A stretch of DNA of 64,000 bases from contig JABANN010000013.1 in the NCBI GenBank assembly GCA_013115125.1, positions 1 through 64,000 on the forward strand, in the 5' to 3' direction. The notes under the pieces are model-generated. The model saw only the letters and a program-made list of their open reading frames with translations, was not told where the DNA came from and ran no database searches. Both the position numbers and the translations under genes were made by a program. Below, piece after piece: positions 22,045 through 33,700 of the stretch. The DNA comes from Perkinsus olseni. Lineage: Eukaryota. The first letter of the stretch is position 1; each line of letters starts with the position of its first letter.

Positions 22045-23538
22045 ATGATGGCAGCTAATGTCCACGCTACAGAGCAAGTTTACGAGCAGCATGCTGAGCC
22101 CTACGATGGTGCTTATGGCATGAGTCCCATGCCCCAGTATGGCGAAGCCCCAGTGGTAGGTCTCTTTATTCCGTCTCTTCGAATCTATGTGGTGCAGCTG
22201 TTCCTCTCTCAGGCCATGTGGCAGTCCGTCCCTATTGCTCCTCCGTTACCTTCCGCAAGAGATCTTGCCTCTATGGACTTCCAGCAAGCTTTTGTACACA
22301 AGTGCCTTTATCCCAGCCAAAGCTTCCTCGTATCCGAGGGCTTTGCTGAGCACGAGGAGGAGAAAGAGGAGTCTGAGAAACGAGATGAGTAAGTTCCGCT
22401 GCGAATTTTTCGGTTTGGATTTTATTCCCTGCCTGCCTCAGGGTTGTTGAGACTAAGGTACGAACTCCAAGACTTCCTCGTGAGCCGCAACCGGACTACT
22501 TCGGTCACTTATTGGGGCATCCTATCTCTGCGGACGATGACGAGGACTTTGAAGAGGATTCGACTTCAAAGTGTCGGGACGAAGCTGAGCAGAACGACGT
22601 GGAGGATCCCGTCGCTGATGCCCCTGAGGAGCCAATCCAGGAAGACGTGGTGGTGGAAGCTCTCGAATCTCCCGCAGCTCCTGAGCAAGTGGGAACACCT
22701 GAAGTCGAACACGAGGTTGTGGACGTGCGCCCTGAGAGCAAGCCGGTTCCTTCCGAGTCGGACAAGGAGCATGAGATCTCTGAGGAGTCAACCGAGGATG
22801 ACGATGTCGACTACTTCGGGCACATAATGGGACATCCTATGAATCATAGTAACAGCCAGCGCAAGATCAAGACTCCCAAAGAGAAAGAAGCCCTCAAGAT
22901 TGAAGAGACCGATTCACAAGAGACTCAGGGATCCGTCCTGGGCTTGTTCTTGGGAGGCGTTGAAGTCTGCGACCGAGAGGAGAACATCGGGTAAGCGGGA
23001 TATGCTTTGTTACCTTCTTGATGGATTGTGTGTCCTCCTTCAGGCAATTCACTGCTCGACCCGGAGAGGATTCTGCTGATGCTGGCGGTGGTGCGGACTC
23101 GGACGAGACTGCCCCAGTCGCCAAGACCGAGGAAGCTACCGTGCCAGAAGTTGAGGCCGTAGAGGAGACGCCTGAGGTCGTCGATGCACCCAAGGTTGAA
23201 CTTCCCCGCGACGCGGTGCAGCATCGAGTCGTCGAAGAGAGCTCGAAGCCATCCCCACCGGAAGTTGCTATGCCGGCGAAGCAGGAGAGCCGAGCTCCTG
23301 TTGCGCCGCAGCCGTCTCGAGACCCCGAGGTCGTGCAAGCCCGTAGTGTGAGCGTAGAAGCTAAAAAGTGAGTCCTGTGATCCTGGGCGCGAGCTTCGGA
23401 TACTCCGGTGTGCGTTATTCTCTTTCCGCTCGTAGGTCCGGTAAGGCTGAGCAGCCCGTCGAGACAAGCTCTGCTAGAACGACGACAAAAAAGAAGTCCT
23501 TCTTCGCTGGACTGTGCGGGAGCCGGAACCAAGATTAG
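22045..23538 (+). CDS. Acidic 'DYFGH-x-x-GHP' family protein, copy 2 (5 exons)
   Basis: PMPQYGEAP / WQSVPIAPPLPSA...FVHKCLYP / DYFGHLLGHP, DYFGHIMGHPMN, SVLGLFLGGVEVCDREENI / final exon KKKSFFAGLCGSRNQD*. Confidence 0.7.
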
Positions 23539-24271
23539 AGTATTGGATACCTGAGCGTATAGAGACCGTGATCTCAGTACCTCCACGTTATGCATGTCAT
23601 TATGTGTACAGTACACTAAATTAATGTCGACGCAGTAGACAACAGGAGCCATTGCTATGTGATGGACATCCCCATGATGGTTCTTTCTGGAATCAGATAT
23701 GTCATTGAACATCAACTATTATTTTTATCTCTGATTTTGTTTGATCCGCTACTGATTGTATGAGTATACTGGCTGCTGTGAGGAGGTCGTTAGTCAACTC
23801 GTTGGAACTGAGTTGGTCAATTAGCGAAGCTTTCGGGTTTGAGGGGGATTTACGGTTGGCGGTTCGCGTTCGCTCTTTTGGTCTTTCAACTAGTGACGTT
23901 GTCTGTGAGTGAGATTTATCGCCTTTGAGGATTTGCGACCTTGTCTTCAGTTTATCACTTGCAAGTTCTCGTTCGTGGTTTGCATCCCACTAGATATCAT
24001 CACTCCTGTGAACCTCCGTATTCCTGCCTAGACACCCATTCACATTCTATCGTGCCTAATGAGCTCTGAACTGCACTGCTGATTTTAGCTCACTATCTTA
24101 ACTCTGTCCTTCGGACGCAAAACTTGTGCGCCCCTGTCTGTGTGACCGTTTCATATCGTCCTTGCCGCATCCTGTGTTGGCGAAGCGAGATGCGCTAGGG
24201 AGTCGTCTCATGTTGCGGGTGTTCGCTATCTCCTATTCATTCAGCTTTGATCCTTGGTAAGCTTCTGCGTA

Positions 24272-25970
24272 ATGGCCACCAGTGTTGAAGTTCCTAAGGA
24301 GATTAACATTGATCAGCAAGCTGAGTCTTACAATGAAGCTAATACGTTGAGCCCGATGGCGCAGTACGGCGAGGCTCCCATGGTGAGTTGTTTCATTTGC
24401 TGTGGCTGACTCGTATGAACGCATCTGTCTTTCTGTTTATAGGCTTTATGGCAGTCGGTGCCCATCGCCCCGCCTCTCCCTTCTGCGGATAGCATCGCTC
24501 CACCTGACTTCACCGAAAATTTTGTCCAGAACTGCCTCTACCCGAGCAAGACTTTCCTCGTAGCGGAAGGGCTCGAGCCCGAGAAAGATGAGTAAGTATT
24601 AGTCTGGTGCAGACCTTAATGTGAGATCGAGCTTTGTTTTATCATGTTTGTTGTGACAGGGCAACAGATGAATCTCCTAAGAAGGAAGAAGATACTGAGA
24701 AGAAAGTGTCGAAGCTCCGCACCCCTAAGGGACCTCGAGAGCCTCAACCTGACTATTTTGGACATTTGTTTGGTCACCCGTTGAGTGCTGACGAAGAAGA
24801 TGACGAGGAGGAAGACCCATGTGAAGGTGAAACCAAGGAGCTTGGCACTGATGGCACTATTGACGAGAAGGCTGATGATGTTGATGAGAAGGCTGATGAT
24901 GTTGATGAGAAGGCTGATGATGTTGACGAGAAGGCTGATGACGTTGATGAGAAGGCTAATGAGGTTGTCGAGCTGACTAATGAGGTCGACGAGAAGAGCA
25001 GAGACTTTGAAGCGACCAAGGGCGAGTCCGATACTGTGCTAAAGGACTCTGAGAAGCCTCCGGCCACAGCGGTTGAGCAGTCCAGCGAGAGAGTGCCTGA
25101 GGAGAATTCGCGTGCTGAGGTTGAGCTTACCAGAGAGGCTTCCGAGCCCGAAGCGTCCGATGACGGTGATGATGATGTCGACTACTTCGGACATATCATG
25201 GGCCATCCTATGAACCGTGGCACCGGCAGCCGGAAGGCGAAGAAGCAGGAGTCTCCAACTAGAAGGGAGCCTTCGCCTCAGAAGTCCACGCCCAAGGCCG
25301 AAGCTGAGTCTCAAGAATCACAGGGTTCCGTTCTCGGGCTGTTCTTGGGAGGTGTTGAGGTGTGCGACAGGGAAGAGAACATCGGGTGAGTTGAGACGTT
25401 GGGAGCGCGATTTTGCTTGTCTTTTGTTTTCGTCCTATAATTGCTCTTCTTGTCAGCCAATTCACTTCTCGTGGGGACGAGCCTGTTGACAGTGCCGACG
25501 TCCAACCCGAGGTTCGTGAGGACGTTCGATCGGCGGAGCCCGAAAAGTCTCGAGAAGTGGAGGAGAAGGCCGTCTCGCCAGAGAAGCTCCCGTCATCGTC
25601 AACAGGAGCGAACGATTCTTCCAAGGCGAAGGCTGATCCCGTCGAAGCCGCTCCTGAGGAAACGGCTCCTACCGCGAACGAGCAAGTTCCGGCCAGCTCT
25701 GCTCCCGATACTCCCGGGGTCGAGAAGACTCAAGAAGCTCCCGTTGAAAAGATACCGGAGAAGATTGTGGTCGAAACCAAGCCTGCGGAGGACAAGCAGT
25801 AAGTTGTCTTTGGTGGTTCTTTCTCCGATATCTCAAATCGCTCTTCGTCTTTCAGGGTGGCCGAAAAGAGAAATAATGAGGCAGTCGGTTCCTCTAGTAC
25901 CGCCAAGAAACCAGCGAAGAAGAGCCGATCATTCCTCGGGAATTTGTGTGGCAGCAAGACGATGGACTAA
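24272..25970 (+). CDS. Acidic 'DYFGH-x-x-GHP' family protein, copy 3 (5 exons)
   Basis: PMAQYGEAPM / WQSVPIAPPLPSA...FVQNCLYP / DYFGHLFGHP, DYFGHIMGHPMN, LFLGGVEVCDREENI / final exon KKSRSFLGNLCGSKTMD*. Confidence 0.7.
24862..24966 (+). repeat. Coding 21-bp minisatellite, about 5 copies (DEKADDV)
   Basis: GAYGAGAAGGCTGATGAYGTT repeated in tandem; the last copy is slightly diverged (DEKANEV). Confidence 0.9.
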
Positions 25971-26856
25971 ATCTTGCGTATTCCCGTCTTACTTTAGCGC
26001 TCTAGAGGCTGTGTCCTTCTGGGGATCTGCACGTCAACCGCAGTACATTATTTATCAATTAATCTTTGTGTGATCAGTGATCGTTAGTAGAGTCAAGAAT
26101 GGATCAAGACTTGGGTGTTGTGTTAAAAAGTTGCTGAGGTGTGGATGAAAAATATCTCATCCTGTTTTTTCTTGGTGTCACCGAGGCTGAAATAGTTGGA
26201 TACTCACCTCTTTTTCTTAGTTTTGGTTAGAGAGAATCTGTTTTGCGCGTTTATTTCACGTAGTAAGTGAACATACATGGGAACATACGGGAACATACAT
26301 CTCGGCTCTCGGGATGAGCCCCGAGTGCCCTCACGATATCGTAGGGCGCGCGATCCCGTGCAGGAATCCTTGCAGACAGGATAGTTCGCTGTGTTGTCCC
26401 CAAGAGTAACACAAAACAGATCCGCACGAGTCAAACCCCGACATGAGCGCGACGCTCGAATTGGAAAGAACGTGTGCTTGGAGGTACAGTTCGAGCCGGA
26501 GTCGTTACCTCACCTTGCTCGTCTCCTATATTGTGTTTGGCATACAAATTGGTCGGTCTCAGCTAGCCGCAAGCGCCAGCCCTTCGCAGGACTCTTGTGC
26601 GCGGTCTAATCATAAATTCCAAGCCGCCTGTGACGCTCAGACCAGTCACAGTTGCGTGTGAACCCTATCACATGGCTCGAATTGTCCCTCCAAGCACACG
26701 TGCTTTCCAAAGCAATGTATGGGCCGCGAAGCGGAGAGCACGCCTTATCCGCTGAAGCTCAAGCAGGATTCGATATCTATAACTATGATTATCCCGTTGT
26801 CAAGACCCCTGCAGCAAGGAAAACTCTTAAACGCAATACTACAGGAAAAGAGAAAG

Positions 26857-29696
26857 TTACCCCAAATTCCGCAGTGGTATAGCTTGAGAAGATAACATGA
26901 TTCTCGGACATATAGGGCACTTGATATTGATATCCCGACCATCGCTAGTTCCCTTCCGGCGATGCGCAGTGGTAACAATTTGTCGAAACGCCGAGTTGCT
27001 CACGACGTGGCCGCACACCTGCAACTTCGTCAGTTCCATACCAAACGTCAGCATACACTCACAAGCATTATGGGAAAGTCAGGCCTATCCCAGTCATCGG
27101 CTGTTGTTGTCATCTTACGAGACACGGGACAAGTGAACACCGAGTGGGGTGTGAACCGCTCAGGCAAGTCGAACTCAACGGGGAGTGATTCGCAAGGGAC
27201 CTGCAGATCAGAGGGTGCGCGTCCAATGGCCCTATGCGGTTCCCCCTACACCTAGCACTTCATGACGCTGTACAACAGACTGGACTTCCAAAAGCTGCCG
27301 CACAGCCACTCTTCCGCTGGCGAGCAACTGCCGGCAGAAGACGTCGTGAACAGAGCTGGATTCAAAGCTCAGCTCACCAAGTACAATGGTGATTCATTGG
27401 GTACTCCTGGGGTGTCGCCCTCGGATGGCTGTGATAGGACGCGGCTGGAGCTAGCAAACCTGTCTTGAGCAGTGGAACGCTTCTACAACACCGTATGGAC
27501 TCATCCAACCTGTTATGGGATTCAGCAGGCGGTTCTTCCTGCCGTGGTGGATCCGGCGTCCGTGCAACTCGGCGGGCATTTTCCTGAAAGTGGTGCACAG
27601 AATACAGCCGAACACGCTATGCCATAACTGCAGTACTGCGAGAATCCGCATGACAAAGTTTGCATCATGCAGCTGGATCGCCGTTGGCCGCGGTGCTCTC
27701 GGCGAAACATACTCCGCAGAGGTAGCCTAAACATCCCAGGATCGGCGATGAAGGCCTCACCTGCTCGAACCCTGGTCACTTTACCTGGCGTTGACGTTCC
27801 CTCGCTGCTCTAGGAGCGGGAGGAGTCCGTCGCGTTATCCGAATCGGAGGCCGATCACGTTCTCTCTGCCGGAGGTGAGTTCTGCAATCCATTTCCTGTG
27901 CGTACTCCCGGAAGGCGCAGGGCGGACTCACCGTAGCGATGGAGGTGAGGAGAATTGCCCTCCGGGTTGGAAACGACTGTCGACCGTCGTAACGGCAGGA
28001 ATCTGTACTAGATATTCAGCCCGAGTCACGGCTTCATCTTACCGTAGACGGTAGCACCGGCTCGTCATCCCAACAGTGCAGGGAAACCGGGTCGTCCCTG
28101 ATCGTCAATTTTATGGTAACCCCGCGTAGAGACGCATGCCTACAACTCCGCTTTGGCCGTGGTAATAATCTCCTCGACGTCCTCGGGCAAACCGGCGCTC
28201 GGCGGGGTACATACAGAATAGAAGCCAGTTCGAGCATACCTATCGACCCAGAGTCCGAGCAGCGTTACAGCCTCGCAACCACTCACCCCTCCCGAGGCTC
28301 AGGCGTCCACAATCGGTATCGTTTGGGAGGAGGGCATTCCTTCGGAGGGAGCGACGTTCCCTCTTCACGAAGGGCCTCCACGCTCGGCGTTCGTTCATCC
28401 CTCGTGGGAGAGTACATGTGGCCCTCGAGAACGAGCGTTTGATCACACGAGCTTAGTGTTGCCCTCCCCTACCGGCCAAGTTCCCCGAAAAAAGAGAGTC
28501 CAAAATCTATCCAATGCGTCGTTGCCCAGCCCAGCAGCTGCCGCTGAATGAAAGCACAATTAGGATGAATGATAGAAAGGCACCTGCTGTACCCAAATGA
28601 GCTTCACGTTTCGCCGTGGGGTAGGCCAGGGCCAAGAGGCAGCTCTGAAGTTTCTTCCTTTGCTCTGCACCAACTCGCCCAACCGTAGGGTCCCCACCTT
28701 CAAAATTCTCGCGAACGTACCTAGGATCCCGCTGACGAGCGAACAGTCCGCCGAACACTAACTCTAAGATCTCAGCAGACTCAACTCCACTTCCAATCAT
28801 CTCGTACACCTGAGGGAGAGACCTCTCACACCCGACTGAGGCTTCCACGCTATCTACCTTCTGCAGCAGAAGATCGCGCTGCGTGTTGTCGAATATTTCC
28901 CTCCTCATCGCCGTGGCTCTCCCAGTTGTTCTATTTTTCTTCAGCCACTCCATCGCCTCCTCGAGCTCGCCCTCTGCTTTGACGCGCTCGGCTTCTCGAT
29001 ATGTCCGCAAATAACTGACAAACATAGGGGGCAATCAGCACACGATGTCTGAACAGTGAGTCCTACTGCTCGGGAACCAAGTCCTTGATACCGTCCAGAA
29101 GCCCCACCTCCTCGATGAAAGCCTCGAACGCGTCAAAACTGCCTGTTTGCAGAAGATGTACCTATTGCAGCCATACAGCCCATGGCGTGGAGGTTGACTG
29201 AGCCCCACAGCAACGAGTTTGCGCATGTATCGAGCGAAGTCCGCCTGCTGCTCTGGCGTCTCTGGTGATTTGGGCATAACGTGCTGCCGTATGGCCTTAG
29301 TCACCTCTCCCTCAGCCAGGGCTTGGAACCTGCGGACGTCGAAGGTACCGGAATCGCAGAGGACTCCCCACTTACTCGGACAGAGACCGAGAAAGTTGGG
29401 ACAGTCTTGCATGGTAGTTTTGATGCCGCTTTCCGAGCAAGGATGCGGCGCTCGAATCTTTTGCCTTGGTAGCGAGTGACGTCAGAGCCGCAGGTGTCGC
29501 CTGACAGGATTTTGTGACAAGTGTAAGGACAGTGGTGACGCACGTCGTGTCTAACAGCCAGCAAAGCGTCTCTAAGCCGGGACAGTTGCTGCTCCGCTTC
29601 GTTGAACACTCTTGTTTGTTCGTTGCCCACGGCTTCGACTTCCTTCAAGATGCTTGCCATGGTTGGAGGCGGTCTCTCCGACGGTGTGGAGGACAT
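26857..29696 (-). CDS. RMND5/Gid2-like CTLH-complex E3 ligase subunit, multi-exon
   Basis: The last exon LQVCGHVVSNSAFRQIV...IKCPICP resembles the RMND5 degenerate RING (LxCGHxIS...KCPYCP). WHSVFGC near 27620 resembles HSIFAC, and GELEEAMEWL is CTLH-like. Internal exons were not fully resolved. Confidence 0.55.
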
Positions 29697-29819
29697 CTTC
29701 ACGATTCAAAAAGTGGCAATCAGGACGTCGGTGGTAGCCAAACCGCACTCCAACGCACCGAGTGCAACGAGGATACAGTGGTGCCCCTCAACTCGATAAC
29801 GCAACACTCTCTCTTCAGT

Positions 29820-31279
29820 TCAGGAAGGCTCGACCTCTCCATCGACCTCAGTCGGACAATCCAGAGTGCATGCATGGCGGTTGTATGATTGCCATTTATC
29901 ATGGCGAATGCGATGCACGAGGATACTGTCGTTACTGCATCCCCTAGTGAACATGCTGTGACGACGAGGGAAGTCATGGAAGCGACCGTCGCTCATATCC
30001 ACCCAGTGAACATCCTCGAGGCCGGCTAGCCAGTATCTACTGCAATACCACAACACCAGCATATCCTGGAACTTTCAGGCCCACCCAATCTGCACATCGG
30101 CAGCTCCCCTAGTCTTCAGGACGTCGGCGTTGCGTCCAATGAATCCAGCTACTTCCGAGCCCAACACCCAACCCATCCCGAGAGGCCAAGTCGGAGTCCA
30201 ACGACTACCGAAGTAGTCCACCTGCAAGAAGCTTCACGAGGTCGAGTACAGGGTAGTGGTCACAGTTACGATCCGCTGAGATTCACTCAAGGCTTCGGCT
30301 ACGCACTGCTCTACGACCTCCGCACCATAAATTTGGCAAGTGGATACGTAGTGCAGGCAGGGCCCCAGAGCGAGGTTGAACTGAGCGCACATGTCCTGGA
30401 GTGACTGGTCGTCCAGACACTTGCTGCACGGTTTACAGATGTCGCAAATGTCAATGCCGGAGACAGCGACGTCTAGCGGTGTCGACATGAGGTACCTGGC
30501 AGGAGGTACTACCTGCCTGGGATGAACCGGCGAACTCCAAGATCGTCTAGCGGTTCCGACTGACACTGGACTGAGTCCAGTAACTGAAGTCCCGCAACTC
30601 ACCCCATAACCAGCATAGTCGCTTCGTTTCCTGTGAGTTGGAGAAGATGTGGTATCAGCCGAGGGATACTCAAGAAGGAGTCATCATCGAGGTAAACCTT
30701 CGAAGGAAAAGCTCTCGAGGAGGCAGCCCACTGTCTACCAGCTACCACGAAATCCGAGTGAGGGTTGTTTTCCAAAACCCATCGCGTGGCCAATAGTATC
30801 CTCGAGCCGCGGGCAGTCGGGTGGTCGAGGACGTAGGTGACGTCCCGCTTGACTGGCGGGTCCAGGTCGGGAGAGCTGTCGAAGACCACCTAACGGCAGC
30901 ACCTAAGCAGCTTTCAAGCCTTGATGGGGTCCGCTACCAGGTCATGGGGATACTCCTGCAGCTCAACGCGAGAGCTATCCTCGAACTCGGGGGAGATCGC
31001 GCCCATGGCGAAGACCAGGCGGAGGGTCACGTTCGGGAAGTGGTCGTAAGTTACTCCAGAGCAGCTGTTGAACCACTCCCTGAGGTGCGGAAGTCCGACC
31101 ATCTGAAGCTGCTAGAAGGGAGCTTACCGCAAGGCCTGACGTCGTTCCAGATTCTTCCAAGGAGATGTCACTACCAAAGATAGGTCCAGCGCTGCAGCGG
31201 CTGCTGGTGACCATAGTAGACTTACACGCATACGCGTTCAACTACAGGAAGAAGCCACGCGGGGCAGGAGAGCATTCAT
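29820..31279 (-). CDS. GT31-family (beta-1,3-galactosyltransferase-like) glycosyltransferase, multi-exon
   Basis: Exons give LVVTSPWKNLERRQALR, LVFAMG, DxD motif YLDDDSFLSIPRL, PTWPLGMGWVLG, ADVQIGYWL and ILVHR. Start approximate. Confidence 0.7.
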
Positions 31280-31475
31280 GGTCCGTGCGCTACTCAGAGC
31301 TGCTCGGAGGGGCCACCCAAGATGCTCAGTGTTCGGGCTTGCTGTCGATCGACGAGCAGCCACGACCGGCCTCTCTCCAAAACTACATCCCAACGCAACG
31401 CTCCGCCTTTTGAAAGCATTCTTTATACTTAAAACATCGTGCAGAGTAGGTTGTGGTATTGAGTAATGTAACGAA

Positions 31476-33700
31476 CTAAGCAAGAGTAATGCTGAGCTCC
31501 TTCATGTCGGCCCAGTTCTGACCGTACTTCATGCTCACCTCCAGTGGAACACTAAATCGATCGCTTTCATCGTGGCCCGGAAGTGCAGGATTCTGCATCT
31601 CTCGAAGCAGCAAGCGGCCTAACCTCTCGACGTCATCTCTGTGGCAGCTGAGCACGAACTCGTCGTGGATCGACAGAAGCAGCTGTGGTCGACCATGATG
31701 CCATTTGACCTCGTCCAGGGCGTGCGCTATTTGCACCATAGCCGACTTCATAATATCAGCAGCGCTGCCTTGGATGATGCTATTGATACAGAACCGTTTG
31801 GCCTCGCTCGAGAGCCCACCATTCTCATCCCGATCAATCCTTCGTCGGCGCTTGCAGATGGTCTCAACGTAGCCGTCTTTGTTCGCGTCTCTCCAAACCC
31901 TGAACATCCACCTTTCCAACTCGGGAAAGGCATAGCTGAACTGTCGCTTGAACCCTTGGGCCACAGTGGTAGTGACTCCCATCTGCCTGGCCAGTAGATG
32001 GATACCAGAGCCGTAGACCAGAGCTAGGCAGCAGACTTTCGCCTTGTTTCTCTCTGGCTTAGTCACTTCTTCAGCCGGTTTCCGTAGTATCATGGCCGCC
32101 ATATTGGTGTAGATGTCCGCACCATCGACGGCGAAACTCTCCCGTAACGCCCCCCTGCCCACAAAGTGAGCTAGGACCCGTATTTCCACTTGGCGATAGT
32201 CGACGCTGAGCAGACAGTGGGAGTCGAGGATGGGCGAAATGAAGGCCTTCCGTAAGCTGACGACGCCGAGGTCCTCGAGCTCGTGCGACCGAGGGATGTT
32301 CTGCAGGTTGGGATTGCTACTCGACAGGCGGCCAGTCACCGTCATAGTCTGGTTCCACACAGTGTACAGACGGTTCTTGCCCAAAAAGTTGCAACCTGCC
32401 GCCACTCCGCTCCGCGGTTGGAAGTACTCCAGCAGACCAGGCCTGGGAGCGCTTTTGGGTAGAGATCTGATGGTGTCTACGTATGTCGTGATGAGCTTTG
32501 CCACTTGTCTATGCTTGCGTATGATCGACACGACGGGGTGCTGGTCGACCATCATGCTCAACACCTGTTGAAGTACTCCTCGGAAGCCCAAGATGCCGAT
32601 ATCTACCTCATCCCCGGTACTGCGGCTCCTGCGACCAGCTGGGGGCTGTAGGCCGAGATCGTCGTACAGGAGGGCCGCTACCTGACGGACTAACTATTAT
32701 ATTGAAATGGTGGCTCATAGTGAGGAAACACATCGAAACACGACGGACCTGTGCCGGTGATGTCATCAAGATCTCCTTCTTCACCAAGGCTTGGGCCTCT
32801 CGCTCGAGCTTCGCCATTGTCACTGACATTGAGGGATGACATCTCCCGTTGCGGCCGAGAAAATCCGCAATTGAAGCGTTCAGCGGAGGTGCGGCCAATG
32901 CAAGTGAGGCGTTGCTACCCTCGAGATCGGAGCGCCACTGTTGCATGACCGAGTGGTCGAATGGCGCCCCGGTGACCGACATCAGAGTCAACACTCGGGC
33001 CACTGGCAGCTCCTGTTGTAAAGCGACTTCCGTTTGGTCTTGTGCATTCACCTGGTGCACAACAGCCGTAAAGGACAGTGCGGCTCAGCATGAGAGAAGC
33101 CAGTCTTCGGGCTTGAGCCTACCTTGCCAGACAGCACCGTTATAAGGTCGCTAGACTCAGGCAAGTCATGGTCGACGAGCATTCTCCAGGGGTGGGACCT
33201 GACTCGACACGAGTAGCCCAGCCCAAGGGGCATGCCCTCACTCCTGCAGAGTGGCCGGCTCTCCTGCACGCTTGTTGGCGCTGTCCTCTCCATAGACAGT
33301 CTTGAGGTGGTCAATATCGTAGCAAGCGCTACCAGCAGCAGAGTCGAGCACCCACGCCAGGATCGCCAGGTCACCCACGTCGGCATAGAGAATTTCACTC
33401 GGCCTGAGATGAGCCCGAAGGCGATGCTGAGAGCAGCGAGCTCTGCGCAGCTCACCGGTCAATCGCGAAGTATCTCAGAGTTTCTTGGATGTTGAACACG
33501 AAGGCAGGCGTCTGTACATCGCACTGGCGGCATGACAAAATGTCCGCTAAAAAATCCATGGCACGCTCACAATAGGGGAGCACATAAACCTGAGCAATCC
33601 ATAGCCTTCCGAGCTGCGGGGACTGGCGACAAGAGCGGAACCAAATGCAAGCCACGGTGATACTACCTGCCTTTCCTGCACTTCGAGAACCCCGCGTTGA
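31476..33700 (-). CDS. Family-A DNA polymerase (Pol theta/nu/I-like polymerase domain); further upstream exons probably extend towards ~35.2 kb
   Basis: TVTGRLSSSNPNLQNIP; motif A VDYRQVEIRVLAHF; motif B RNKAKVCCLALVYG; INSIIQGSAADIMK; motif C IHDEFV; upstream thumb-like ELPVARVLTLMSVTG and SPAQV. Confidence 0.9.

Noticed and set aside
24862-24966. Regular repeat considered as a CRISPR array
   Set aside because: Head-to-tail coding units with no spacers, in a eukaryotic context.
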